Shown one piece after another: positions 41,929 to 51,660 of a stretch of DNA of 64,000 nt. The translations under genes were made by a program, and so were the position numbers. This DNA is from Deltaproteobacteria bacterium (GTDB taxonomy: Bacteria; Desulfobacterota; Binatia; UBA12015): the NCBI GenBank assembly GCA_046583355.1, contig JAYGCM010000025.1:1-64000 (forward strand). Reading direction: 5' to 3'. The notes under the pieces were generated by a model that saw nothing but the letters and a program-made list of their open reading frames with translations, did not search any database and was not told where the DNA came from. Numbering within the stretch: position 1 is the first letter of the stretch; every line of letters starts with the position of its first letter.

Positions 41929-42300
41929 ATGATGGAAGGAACTCGTGTTCTGCGCATATGCTTGGTGGGCGCGCTGATCGCCTTGGTTTCGCTGGCGCTA
42001 CCGGGCGCAGCGGTGGCCGGGGATCTGGAACGTGTTGACGCGAAACGCGTCTGCATGGTCAACGATACCCTTTTCCCGCGCGATCAGATCCCCGTCGAGG
42101 TCGACGGCAAGACCTATTTCGGCTGCTGCGAGATGTGCAAAGGTCGCCTCGCCAAGGATGCCGCCATTCGCACAGCTACCGACCCCGTCACCGGCAAAAG
42201 CGTTGACAAGGCGATTGCGGTGATTGGCGCGGCGCCTGACGGTCACGTCGAATATTTCGAGAGCGAAGCGTCGTTCGCCCTCTACTCCAACAATTCCTAG
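41929..42300 (+). CDS. Secreted YHS/TRASH-like metal-binding protein
   Basis: AGGAGG RBS; signal peptide; CMVND...GKTYFGCCEMC; second degenerate DPVTG repeat. Confidence 0.8.
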   Translation: MMEGTRVLRICLVGALIALVSLALPGAAVAGDLERVDAKRVCMVNDTLFPRDQIPVEVDGKTYFGCCEMCKGRLAKDAAIRTATDPVTGKSVDKAIAVIGAAPDGHVEYFESEASFALYSNNS

Positions 42301-42318
42301 GGAGAGGGGGCGCACATC

Positions 42319-42858
42319 ATGTCGGCGGATCGCCGCAAGCAGACCGAGACGGACGCCAATTCTGCGTCGAGTGGCGATGATGCCGATTGGCTCGACGCGA
42401 TCAGCGATGTCGACGAGATTGATGCTGAGACGCGCGGGCCGGATTTCGTCGCCAGCGAACCGACAACCGGGCTCGCCGAGCATTTTCGCCAGCGCCAGCA
42501 TGTCGAGCCGACGATCACCGAAGATCCAGCCTTCGCCATCGACGGCCATACGATGGAGCGCATTCGGCGCGGCAAGGTACCCATCAAAGCGCAGGTCGAC
42601 CTGCACGGTTGCACGCAGGAAGAGGCCTTCGCTTCCGTCAATCAATTTCTCGACCAGCAATGGCAGGCCGGCCACCAACTCGTGCTCGTGATCACCGGCA
42701 AGGGCACGGCGCGCGATGGCGGCGGCGTATTGCGCACCGCCGTGCCGCGCTGGATCACAGAGGGGCGCTACCGCGATTGCCTGGTCGGCATCGCGGCGGC
42801 CGAGTCGCGCGATGGCGGCGAAGGCGCCATCTATGTGATGCTGCGCAAGCAGCGCTGA
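42319..42858 (+). CDS. Smr/MutS-related domain protein
   Basis: VDLHG, LVITGKG, GVLR..VPRW, DGGEGAIYVML. Confidence 0.92.
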   Translation: MSADRRKQTETDANSASSGDDADWLDAISDVDEIDAETRGPDFVASEPTTGLAEHFRQRQHVEPTITEDPAFAIDGHTMERIRRGKVPIKAQVDLHGCTQEEAFASVNQFLDQQWQAGHQLVLVITGKGTARDGGGVLRTAVPRWITEGRYRDCLVGIAAAESRDGGEGAIYVMLRKQR

Positions 42859-42975
42859 GGAGTCGGTCGCACGGGCCCCTATCGTCTGGTGGCGGGGGGA
42901 CGATAGAAGTAAGGAAGTATCCCGCATTCACCCACGTCGCCTGATTCCGGGGAGGCGCCAATCAGGGCCGATCCA

Positions 42976-43998
42976 ATGTCACGTTATATAGATCTCTGCG
43001 AAGAAATCCGCTCCGAACCCCGCCGCTGGCTGGTGACGGGTGCGGCCGGTTTCATCGGCTCCCACTTGGTCGAGAATCTGCTCGGCGCGGGTCAGGAAGT
43101 GGTGGCGCTCGACAGCCTGATCACCGGGCATGCCTATAACCTCGACAAGGTTCGTGCCTTGGTGGGACCTGACGCGGCGGCGCGGCTCACTTTCATCGAG
43201 GGCGATATCTGCGACGAAGATACCTGTCGCAGAGCCTCCGAGGGTGTCCGGCATGTGCTGCACCAAGCGGCGCTCGGCTCGGTGCCGCGCTCGATCAAGG
43301 ATCCGATTGCCAGCCACAGCGCCAATGTCGATGGCTTCCTCAAGATGGCCAACGCGGCACGCGAGAACGGCGTCGAGTCGATGAGCTACGCCTCGTCGTC
43401 CAGCGTCTACGGGGACCACCCCGCGCTTCCCAAGGTCGAAGACGAGATCGGCAATCCGCTCTCGCCCTATGCCTCGACGAAGCTCATCGATGAGATCTAC
43501 GCCGCCGTTCTGCATCGTTGCTACGGAATGCGGATCGCCGGTTTGCGCTATTTCAATGTGGTCGGTACTCGGCAGGACCCCAACGGCGCCTACGCAGCCG
43601 TGATCCCGCGCTGGGTTCGCATTTTCCTCGATGGCGGCACCCCGGAGATTTACGGCGATGGCGAGACCTCGCGTGATTTCTGCCCGGTACAGAACGTCGT
43701 TCAGGCCAATCTGCTTGCGGCCACGACCGAGGCGGCCGGCGGTGAAGTCTTCAATATCGCATTGGGCGGTCGCACGACTCTCACCGACCTCTACTTCCAC
43801 CTGCGCGATGCGCTGGTCGGCCAGGGTGTCGATTGCGGCAGCCGCGAGCCGATCTACAAAGAATTCCGTGACGGCGATGTGCGCCATAGCCTGGCGAATA
43901 CCGACAAGGCGCAATCGATCCTCGGCTACGTCCCGGAGGTCAGCCTGGCCGATGGCCTGTCGATGACCGTGGCTGGCTTCGTCGATACAGAGAATTGA
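42976..43998 (+). CDS. UDP-GlcNAc C4-epimerase (WbpP/TviC-like extended SDR)
   Basis: WLVTGAAGFIGS, HQAALGSVPRS, YASSSSVYGD, YASTK, LRYFNV, YAAVIPRW. Confidence 0.9.
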   Translation: MSRYIDLCEEIRSEPRRWLVTGAAGFIGSHLVENLLGAGQEVVALDSLITGHAYNLDKVRALVGPDAAARLTFIEGDICDEDTCRRASEGVRHVLHQAALGSVPRSIKDPIASHSANVDGFLKMANAARENGVESMSYASSSSVYGDHPALPKVEDEIGNPLSPYASTKLIDEIYAAVLHRCYGMRIAGLRYFNVVGTRQDPNGAYAAVIPRWVRIFLDGGTPEIYGDGETSRDFCPVQNVVQANLLAATTEAAGGEVFNIALGGRTTLTDLYFHLRDALVGQGVDCGSREPIYKEFRDGDVRHSLANTDKAQSILGYVPEVSLADGLSMTVAGFVDTEN

Positions 43999-44057
43999 GG
44001 GCGGCGGAGGTTCGCCCCTGTCGATTGTCGTCGCGCTGCGGTAGGTAGGTCGGGGCG

Positions 44058-45692
44058 ATGGCGGAACGCGAAGAAGCGGGCGGGGCCGAGGCCGGCTCCG
44101 AGAGCAATCCCTCCGTTACTCCACGCGTTGCGCGCCGCCAGATGCGGGATTTTCTCCGCCATCATGAGCAACGCCGTCGCCAATTGCCGCGTGCCCTGCT
44201 GGTTGGCTTGCTAGCGGGCCTGGTCGCCGTCGGTTTCCAGTTCACGCTGGAGAAGGCCGACCACCTGCGCAACTCGGTCATCGGCTTTTCGCAGACCCTC
44301 GGTTGGTGGGGGTTCTTGCTGCCGATGGCCTTCGGCGCCGTTGGCGTATCGATCGCTCTGATTCTGGTGCAACGCTTCGAGCCCGATGCGGCTGGCAGTG
44401 GCGTACCGCACCTCAAAGCCGTGCTGCACCATCTGCGCGGGTTCCGCTGGCGCCGCATTTTGCCGGTGAAGTTCCTCGGCGGGGTATCCGCAATTGGCGC
44501 TGGCCTGGCGCTGGGCCGTGAAGGGCCGACCATCCAGATGGGCGGCGCGATCGGCCAGATGGTCAGCGGCTGGTTCAAGAGTACGCCGCGCGAGACCCAG
44601 ACGCTGGTAGCGGCTGGTGCCGGTGCCGGGCTTTCTGCTGCCTTCAACGCGCCGCTGGCCGGGTTGGTTTTCGTTCTCGAAGAAGTCCAGCGTGATTTTG
44701 CCCCGGCGGTCTTCACCGTGACCCTGATTGCCTCGGTCACAGCCGACATTACGGCGCGCTATCTGCTCGGCCATCTTCCGGTCTTTACGGTTGGCGAGAT
44801 TCCCATTCCGCCACTCTCGTCTTTGCCGATCTCGCTGCTCTTGGGCGTGGCGGCCGCGGGGGTCGGCATTTTGTTCAACCGCACGCTGGTCAAAACGGCA
44901 GACGCCTATCAGAAGATCGCGCATTGGCCGCGGTGGGTGGTCGGCAGCGTGGTCGGCGGGGCGATCGGCTTGGTCGGCTATTTTGTGCCTGGCGCTTTGT
45001 CCGGTGGGCACTCTTTGGTGGAAGCGACGCTGGCGGGTCAGCTCGGCCTGATGCTCTTGCTGAGCTTCTTTGTGCTGCGCTTTGTTTTGACGATGGTCAG
45101 CTACGGCACCGGCGCGGCCGGCGGCATTTTCGCGCCGATGCTGGTGCTGGGTGCGGCCTTGGGCAGCTTTGTCGGCCAGGTCTCGCACACGTTTCTGCCT
45201 GAAATCGTGAGCCATCCCGAGACTTTTGCGGTGGTCGGTATGGCGGCGCTTTTCACCGCGGTCGTGCGCGCACCGTTGACCGGCATCGTCCTGATGGTTG
45301 AGATGACCGGCGAATATGGTCTGGTGCTGCCCTTGCTGGTGGCTTCGCTTACGGCCGGTGGTCTGGCCGATTATTTCGGTGACAAACCGATTTACGAAGT
45401 CCTGCTCAAGCGCGACCTGACCCGTTGGCAGGAGAAGCCGCAGCTGGCCGAGACACTTCTGCTGGAACTCGTGGTGGCGCCCGACGCGCCCTTCGATGGT
45501 CGTGAAGTGCGCGAGTTGGGGTTGCCGCCGGGCTGTATTCTGATCACCGTACATCGCGGCCTCGACGCCGAGGTGCCCACCGCGGGCTTCAAGCTCACCG
45601 CGGGCGACCGTATTACGGTAGTAGTCGCGCCGCAGGCCGCCGAGGCCGTCGGTCTGCTGTACGAAGGAACCGGCTCCGAAGACCACGGCTAG
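44058..45692 (+). CDS. clcA: ClC H+/Cl- antiporter with C-terminal TrkA-C domain
   Basis: GSGVP, GREGP, FVLEE (proton glutamate), GIFAP, PIY; RCK_C-like tail. Confidence 0.92.
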   Translation: MAEREEAGGAEAGSESNPSVTPRVARRQMRDFLRHHEQRRRQLPRALLVGLLAGLVAVGFQFTLEKADHLRNSVIGFSQTLGWWGFLLPMAFGAVGVSIALILVQRFEPDAAGSGVPHLKAVLHHLRGFRWRRILPVKFLGGVSAIGAGLALGREGPTIQMGGAIGQMVSGWFKSTPRETQTLVAAGAGAGLSAAFNAPLAGLVFVLEEVQRDFAPAVFTVTLIASVTADITARYLLGHLPVFTVGEIPIPPLSSLPISLLLGVAAAGVGILFNRTLVKTADAYQKIAHWPRWVVGSVVGGAIGLVGYFVPGALSGGHSLVEATLAGQLGLMLLLSFFVLRFVLTMVSYGTGAAGGIFAPMLVLGAALGSFVGQVSHTFLPEIVSHPETFAVVGMAALFTAVVRAPLTGIVLMVEMTGEYGLVLPLLVASLTAGGLADYFGDKPIYEVLLKRDLTRWQEKPQLAETLLLELVVAPDAPFDGREVRELGLPPGCILITVHRGLDAEVPTAGFKLTAGDRITVVVAPQAAEAVGLLYEGTGSEDHG

Positions 45693-45752
45693 AGGCCCGG
45701 CTTCCAGATCGACGCATTGGCATGTAGGGGCGGGGATCGCCAGAATGTCCTC

Positions 45753-46562
45753 ATGCATGAGCCACAGCTGCATAGTTTGAACGAAGGCTTCGATTGGACG
45801 GCGCCCGCAGGCGCCAAGCGCCTGGTCACCGAAGCCCAGGCACGTTCTTGGGACGAGCAGGGTTTCCTGGTTGTTGAAGACGCCTTTGACGCCGCGACGA
45901 TGCAGAAGGTGATCGCCACGATTGACCCCTTCGAGGCGCAAACCGAGGAGCTGCTCGCCCGGATGAAGGACGGCAAGCTCTTCATCGCGCGCGCCGGCGA
46001 GATCACCTTCACGACACATCTGGTGGCGCGCTCTGCGTTTCTGCGCGACTTCGCCGGCGGTTCGATCTTTCAGGATCTTTGTCATGATCTGGTGGGCGAC
46101 GATGTGCGCCTCTATTGGGATCAGGCGGTCTACAAGAAGCCGGCGACCCTGGCCGAGTTCCCGTGGCATCAGGACAACGGCTATACCTTCGTGCGTCCGC
46201 AGCAATACTTGACCTGCTGGGTGTCGCTGACGGATGCGACCGAGGAGAATGGCTGCCCCTGGGTGGCTCCGGGAATCCACCGCTCTGGCACCCTCAAGCA
46301 TCATATGACGGACCTGGGCTGGCGCTGCTTGGAGCAGCCCGAGGGGGCTATCCCGGTGCCCGTGCGGGCCGGCTCGGTGGTGGTCTTCTCCAGCCTTACG
46401 CCGCATCGCACCGGCCCGAATACCAGCGAAGGTACCCGTAAATCCTATATTCTACAATATGCGCCCGATGGCGCCCGGTTGATCAACGGTACGGATGAGG
46501 CTCTTTGCGACGCCTCCGACCGGCAATTCTTTGTGCTGCAGAGCGGCCAAACTCCGCGTTGA
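45753..46562 (+). CDS. PhyH-family Fe(II)/2-oxoglutarate dioxygenase
   Basis: PWHQD, DAT.ENGC, PHRTGPN...R. Confidence 0.9.
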   Translation: MHEPQLHSLNEGFDWTAPAGAKRLVTEAQARSWDEQGFLVVEDAFDAATMQKVIATIDPFEAQTEELLARMKDGKLFIARAGEITFTTHLVARSAFLRDFAGGSIFQDLCHDLVGDDVRLYWDQAVYKKPATLAEFPWHQDNGYTFVRPQQYLTCWVSLTDATEENGCPWVAPGIHRSGTLKHHMTDLGWRCLEQPEGAIPVPVRAGSVVVFSSLTPHRTGPNTSEGTRKSYILQYAPDGARLINGTDEALCDASDRQFFVLQSGQTPR

Positions 46563-46583
46563 GCCCGCTCGTGGCAGCCAGCC

Positions 46584-47927
46584 TCAGAAGGCGACTTGGA
46601 AACGGCATTGCCAGATATTCTCGCTACCGGTGGGCGCGCGATCCGTATAGACGTAGTTGAGCGTGACGCGAAAGGCTTGGTTGAGGTACCAGTTCAGGCC
46701 GAGCGTGGTGTTATTGAGCTGGCCGCCGCGGACGGGGCCGGAGTCGTGATCGAAATGGCTGTAGCGGGCGGCCACCTGCACGGCGCCCCAGCCCGAGCCC
46801 GGACCGAGGTCGAAGCTGCGCGCAGGTTTCACCTGCGTGAAGATTCCTTTTTTGCGATTGAATGGGCGGTACTCGCCGGTGAGGAACCAGCTCACCTCCG
46901 CAAACCAGGCGAGGAAGCTGACGTCCGGGCCGCTTGGCGAGTCGATGAAGGCTTGCGAGTACTCAGCCTGTGCCGAGAACGGGCCTTTGACGACCGCGGC
47001 GCTGAGGTTGACCAAGTCGTTGCCGTTGGTCGGGATAGCGCCGGTCGCGATGAGGGTCGGTCCGAAGCTGGTATTCGGACGGGCCGAAAAGCTCACGTCA
47101 TCGTCGTTGCGGAAGTGGTGACTGTAGGAACCGCCGAGGTAGAACAGTTTGCGGCCCTCGTCCTGCCACCAGGGCAGGCCATAGACGCGCATCGTGACGT
47201 TGTACTCGGACTCCATGCTGAAGACCGAGGCGTCGCCATCGGTATTCAGGTAGGCGCCGAGGTCGACGCCGAGGTGGTTGCCTGCGAAGCGCGGGTAGAT
47301 CGTCACCCCGGTATTGCGCGCGGAGTCAAGCGTAGCGCTGGCCCCGCGTTCCATGAAGGTGATGTGGTTCGAGCTGGTGAGTTGTTCGAGCGAGTAGGGC
47401 TCCTTCATATGACCGACCAGGATGGTGTCGATGAAGGGGATATCCTGCATGCCGAGATAGAGGTCCCTGATTCCGACACGCCCCCCGGCAAAATCGTATT
47501 GCGCCTTGAAGAGGAAATGTTTGTAGAGTGTCCCGGAGAGGAAGAGGCGGGCGCGCCGGATCTTCCCGCCGGTGATCGGCGAGCCCTCATCGAACGCGTC
47601 CTGGATCGCGCCGCTGGGCAGCAGAATGGCCCAATCGTTCTGGATCCGGCCGCCGAGTTTCAGCGCGAAGGCCCCATCGGGTGAGACGAAGCGAAGACCG
47701 TGTTTCCAGTAGACCCGGTAGTCGGTGGCGGCTTTCTCCGCCGCGCTCGCCTCGGCGCCGGCGCGCACCTTCAGCTCTTGATATTTCTCCTCGCTGACGC
47801 GGCCGCTCTCTTTGAGAATCTCGAGAATTTCTTCGCTGACGGATTGGCTGGCCCCGGACGCTACAGGCAGGGCGGCGAGCAGGAAGGTGCAGAGGAGCAG
47901 CGCGTGTCGGAGCTGTGATCGGAACAT
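46584..47927 (-). CDS. OprO/OprP-family anion-selective porin
   Basis: Signal peptide; GGRIQND, RRARL, KEPYSLEQLTSS..ITFMER, TLGLNWYLN, C-terminal F. Confidence 0.9.
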   Translation of the reverse strand: MFRSQLRHALLLCTFLLAALPVASGASQSVSEEILEILKESGRVSEEKYQELKVRAGAEASAAEKAATDYRVYWKHGLRFVSPDGAFALKLGGRIQNDWAILLPSGAIQDAFDEGSPITGGKIRRARLFLSGTLYKHFLFKAQYDFAGGRVGIRDLYLGMQDIPFIDTILVGHMKEPYSLEQLTSSNHITFMERGASATLDSARNTGVTIYPRFAGNHLGVDLGAYLNTDGDASVFSMESEYNVTMRVYGLPWWQDEGRKLFYLGGSYSHHFRNDDDVSFSARPNTSFGPTLIATGAIPTNGNDLVNLSAAVVKGPFSAQAEYSQAFIDSPSGPDVSFLAWFAEVSWFLTGEYRPFNRKKGIFTQVKPARSFDLGPGSGWGAVQVAARYSHFDHDSGPVRGGQLNNTTLGLNWYLNQAFRVTLNYVYTDRAPTGSENIWQCRFQVAF

Positions 47928-48059
47928 GGTGAAATTCTCTCTCGGAGCGGGCACCGGGTGGCCCCAACGTTCGGATTCTTTCTAGAGGTCCCAAGTGCAA
48001 TGGTCGAGTCGAGCCCGGTGGGCGTTGTGGGCGCGTTACGTGGCCTCTAGAGGTTTGGC

Positions 48060-48839
48060 GTGGCTTTTCCCGAACCCAATGCGGATGTCGCCGTAGCGAT
48101 CGTGCGTGACGACGGTGAAATTTTTGTCGTCGACAAGACCAGCGGCCGCGTGACGATGCCCGGCGCGGGCCACGCGCGTGACTCCGTGCAGAACGGGGTC
48201 ATGGCCGTGGCAGGCGAGCGCTTGCGCCACCTCGGTGCCGCGCGTGACTACGGACTGCTGCATAGGCTCGACCGCGCCAGCAGCGGATTGTTGCTTTTCG
48301 CCCAGACGGTACCCGCCTACGAAGGGCTGCGCGGCAGCTTTCATAAACGCGAGGTGGTGAAGGATTACCTGGCGATCACGGCGCGCGTACCGGAGCGACC
48401 GCGTGGCTCGATCCGCGCGCGTCTGGCCGAGGTGCGCACGCATGACCGCAAGCTCGCTCGCATCGATGCGCGCGGCAAGGCTGCCGTGACCCATTTCAAG
48501 GTTCTTTGCCGCGGCCATGACGGGACGGCCTTGGTCGAGTGCCGAATTGAGACCGGCCGCCTGCATCAGATCCGGGCGCATTTGGCCTCCATCGGTGCGC
48601 CGCTGCTCGGCGACCTGGTCTACACGCCGTCCTCGCCCGATGGCCGCGCCTCGGTCGCGCGCCAAGCCGACCGCGCTATTCTTCTGCACGCATGGCGCCT
48701 CGCTTTTCCGCATCCGGTACAAGGCAACCGCGTGAAGCTTGAAGCGCCTCTGCCCGCGCGTTTCCGCAAAGCCTTGACGGCGCATGGCCTCAAGCTGCCG
48801 AGTCCCACCAAGCGTGGCCTGCTGCCCAGCCGCGGATGA
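48060..48839 (+). CDS. RluA-family pseudouridine synthase
   Basis: VDK.SG, HRLD catalytic motif, TGRLHQIRAHL, GD..Y, LLHAWRL. Confidence 0.92.
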   Translation: MAFPEPNADVAVAIVRDDGEIFVVDKTSGRVTMPGAGHARDSVQNGVMAVAGERLRHLGAARDYGLLHRLDRASSGLLLFAQTVPAYEGLRGSFHKREVVKDYLAITARVPERPRGSIRARLAEVRTHDRKLARIDARGKAAVTHFKVLCRGHDGTALVECRIETGRLHQIRAHLASIGAPLLGDLVYTPSSPDGRASVARQADRAILLHAWRLAFPHPVQGNRVKLEAPLPARFRKALTAHGLKLPSPTKRGLLPSRG

Positions 48840-48870
48840 GCCGGCTGGGCTGGTCTTGGGGCACGGGCCT

Positions 48871-50139
48871 CTAAGCGCCTGGAAGCAGCGCGCGGATGCT
48901 GGGGGCGGAGGCGATGGTGCGCTTGGTCTCGAAGGCTTCCTGGTTGGTTTCGAGAGCGGCGGTATCGTATCTATAGTTGACCATGAGGCCGAAGGATTGG
49001 CGCAGGCCCTTGGCGGAGGTGTCGGCGGCGGTATGGATCGCCTCGATGCTCGCGCCGTTGCGCAGATGAAAGCGCGCCACCGGGTCGATCGGGGAGCCGT
49101 CTTTGCGGGTGGCGTGGAAGTAGCGGGCGCATAGCCTGCGCAGGGGCTCGGCGAGGCGGTCGGCGAGCGGCGCGTCCAGTACGGATTCTCTGTCGGCCAG
49201 GATGTGTTCGAGGTCGGCGCGGTGGGAAATTTCGCCTGCCAGGAAAGAGTCACCGGCGCGCGCGAGCGAGGTTTTGAGCCAGACCCGGAATCCGGGGATG
49301 GGCGAGAGGGTCGCGAAGGTATCGAGGTGGGGCAGGTCGTGGTGCAGCGTGCGGGCGGCGCCGCGGATCAGGTATTCGCCGAAGCTCACGCCGCGCAGGC
49401 CCTTTTGCGGGCTCGAGATGGAATAGAAGATTGCCGTATCGGCCGCCGCCGGGTCGCCGACGGGTGCGTCTTCATCGAGCAGGCGCTGCACGGAGTCGGC
49501 CAGGCCGCGCACCAGGGCGACCTCGACAAAGGCCAGCGGTTCGCCCGGCATCGAGGGGTGGAAAAGGGCGTAGCAGCGGCGGTCGGAGTCGAGACGGTTA
49601 TGCAGGTCTTCCCAGGAGCGGATCGCGTGCACGGCCTCGTAGGCGACGAGTTTCTCCAGCAGGGTCGCCGGGGAGTCCCAGCTGATGCGCTGCAATTCGA
49701 GGAAGCCGAAATCAAAGAAGGAGCGCAGAACGAAGACCAGGGCGTCGTCCAGGGCGCGCAATTCCGGGCTCTGCGAGGCGATGCCGAGCAGGTCGGCGCG
49801 CATATTCACGAGGAATTTGACCCGGTCGGGGACCGCGTTGAATTGCGTGAAGAGGCGGCGGTAGGGCGGGCGCAGGGCACGGCGCAAGATGCGCTGGGCA
49901 TCGATTCTTGCACCGGGCTCGTTGGCTTCCTGCCAGAACGCGATCGCCTTTCGGATGGCTTCGGGCTGTGGCCCGAACTCATCTGCCAGGAGCGTAAGGA
50001 AGCGGTGGCGTCCGTCCAGGTCGAGCCGCTGCCATGTCTCGGCAAGTTCGACAGCGCGCAGGCGGGAGACCACCTCGCTGCCGGAGGCATCGAGGCAGGC
50101 TCGGATCGCGCTGCGCCAGCTTTCGGCCTCCTCTGCCAT
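48871..50139 (-). CDS. Malonyl-CoA decarboxylase
   Basis: YEAVH, DRRCY..FHP, FYSIS, TLSPIPGF, DPVARFHLRNGA, GLMVNY.Y. Confidence 0.93.
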   Translation of the reverse strand: MAEEAESWRSAIRACLDASGSEVVSRLRAVELAETWQRLDLDGRHRFLTLLADEFGPQPEAIRKAIAFWQEANEPGARIDAQRILRRALRPPYRRLFTQFNAVPDRVKFLVNMRADLLGIASQSPELRALDDALVFVLRSFFDFGFLELQRISWDSPATLLEKLVAYEAVHAIRSWEDLHNRLDSDRRCYALFHPSMPGEPLAFVEVALVRGLADSVQRLLDEDAPVGDPAAADTAIFYSISSPQKGLRGVSFGEYLIRGAARTLHHDLPHLDTFATLSPIPGFRVWLKTSLARAGDSFLAGEISHRADLEHILADRESVLDAPLADRLAEPLRRLCARYFHATRKDGSPIDPVARFHLRNGASIEAIHTAADTSAKGLRQSFGLMVNYRYDTAALETNQEAFETKRTIASAPSIRALLPGA

Positions 50140-50152
50140 GGCCGTTGGCTCC

Positions 50153-51145
50153 TTAGAAGCCCTTGGTGCCGGCCAGTTCGGCGAGCGAGACTTCGGGGCG
50201 TGCGCCGAAATGCGCGATGATTTCGGCAGCGGCGATGCCGCCGAGGCGGCCGCAGCTGGCGAGGTCGCGGCCGGTGCCCAGGCCGTGCAGGAAGCCGGCG
50301 GCAAATTGGTCGCCCGCGCCGGTGGTATCGACGACCTTCTCGACCGCCTCGCAATCGATCACGTGCAACTCATCGCCGTGTACGATCACGCTACCCTTCT
50401 CGCCGCGGGTCAGGGCCGTGAGTGTTCCGGTGGCGCGCACCGCTTGCAGGGCCGCGTCGAAACTCTTGGTTTCATAGAGCGACATGATCTCGGCTTCGTT
50501 GGCGAAAAGAATGTCGATGGATTGATCGACGAGTTCGCGGAATTCCTCGCGGTAGCGGCCGACGCAGAAGGCGTCGGATAATGTCAGTGCGACTTTGCGC
50601 TTGGCGCCATGCGCTAGCTGCATCGCCTTGCGGAAGGCTTGCTTGGCGGCGGGCGGATCCCAGAGATAGCCCTCCAGGTAGGTGATGGCCGAATCGCGTA
50701 CCATCGTCTCGTCCACGTCTGCCTCGGTGAGAGTGACGCACGCCCCCAGGTAGGTATTCATTGTGCGCTGCGCGTCGGGTGTGACAAGAATCAGGCAGCG
50801 CGCCGTCGGTGCGCCGGTGGTCGCCATGGTGGTTGGGAAATCAACGCCCAGAGCGCGGATATCGTGTGCGAAGGTCTCACCCAATTGGTCGTTTTTCACC
50901 TTGCCGATGAAGGCGCCGCGGCCACCCAACGAGGCGAGCCCGGCGATCGTATTGCCGGCCGATCCGCCCGAGGCTTCCAAGCCCGAGCCCATCTCCCGGT
51001 AGAGGGTCTCGGCCTCTTCGGCATCGATGATGCGCATCGAGCCCTTCTCGAGCTTGCGTTCACTGAGGAAGTTCTCGCTGGTATTGGTGAGCACATCGAC
51101 AATCGCGTTGCCGATTCCGAGCACATCGAATCTGCAGTCAGGCAT
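50153..51145 (-). CDS. PfkB-family adenosine kinase-like protein
   Basis: DVLGIGNAIVD, SGGSAGNT, RTMNTYLGA, EGYLWD, DTTGAGD. Confidence 0.9.
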   Translation of the reverse strand: MPDCRFDVLGIGNAIVDVLTNTSENFLSERKLEKGSMRIIDAEEAETLYREMGSGLEASGGSAGNTIAGLASLGGRGAFIGKVKNDQLGETFAHDIRALGVDFPTTMATTGAPTARCLILVTPDAQRTMNTYLGACVTLTEADVDETMVRDSAITYLEGYLWDPPAAKQAFRKAMQLAHGAKRKVALTLSDAFCVGRYREEFRELVDQSIDILFANEAEIMSLYETKSFDAALQAVRATGTLTALTRGEKGSVIVHGDELHVIDCEAVEKVVDTTGAGDQFAAGFLHGLGTGRDLASCGRLGGIAAAEIIAHFGARPEVSLAELAGTKGF

Positions 51146-51207
51146 GGGGGGGATGAACCACGGATAGGGCTGGATCACAACGCATCTTCGTACTACCCAC
51201 GATGGGT

Positions 51208-51660
51208 ATGAGTGAAACGAAGATATCGATTCCGGAGGGTTTCCCCTCACCTTGGGACGCCCAGGCCGGGCTGCGGATCGTCGAGGCCTCGGCCGAGCGC
51301 GTGGTCGCCGAGTACGTGATCGAGGAGAAGCACCACCAGCCCTACGGCATCGTGCATGGCGGCGTCCATTGCAGCGCAGTGGAAACCGTCTGCTCGATCG
51401 GCGCCGGCATGTCGGCGCTGGAGCGTGGGACAGCAAGCGGCGCGGTCGGTCTCGAGAACCAGACGAGTTTCGTGCGCGCCGTGCGCTCGGGCAAGGTGCG
51501 GGTGGTCGCGACACCTCTTGCGCGTGGTAGTCGCACGCAACTCTGGCAGGCCGAGGCCCGCGACGAGGAAGGCCGATTGATTGCGCATGGCAAGGTGCGT
51601 GCGCTTTGTTTGCAGGACGGCACGGTGTTGGCCGGAAAGAATTTTGAAGGGCGAGAATGA
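51208..51660 (+). CDS. PaaI-family thioesterase
   Basis: QPYGIVHGG, GLENQTSFVR hotdog-fold motifs. Confidence 0.9.
   Translation: MSETKISIPEGFPSPWDAQAGLRIVEASAERVVAEYVIEEKHHQPYGIVHGGVHCSAVETVCSIGAGMSALERGTASGAVGLENQTSFVRAVRSGKVRVVATPLARGSRTQLWQAEARDEEGRLIAHGKVRALCLQDGTVLAGKNFEGRE

Noticed and set aside
36951..42858. NYN + SNF2 + Smr as an anti-phage defence island
   Set aside because: The genes are convergent or divergent and separated by a terminator, with no mobility genes or obvious compositional shift.
44058..45692. ClC as a fluoride exporter with a riboswitch
   Set aside because: Motifs are GSGVP/GREGP/Y (chloride type), not the CLC-F signatures, and no fluoride riboswitch consensus is visible upstream.
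47928..48059. Pho box upstream of the OprO/P porin
   Set aside because: No CTGTCAT-like 11-bp direct repeats are visible.
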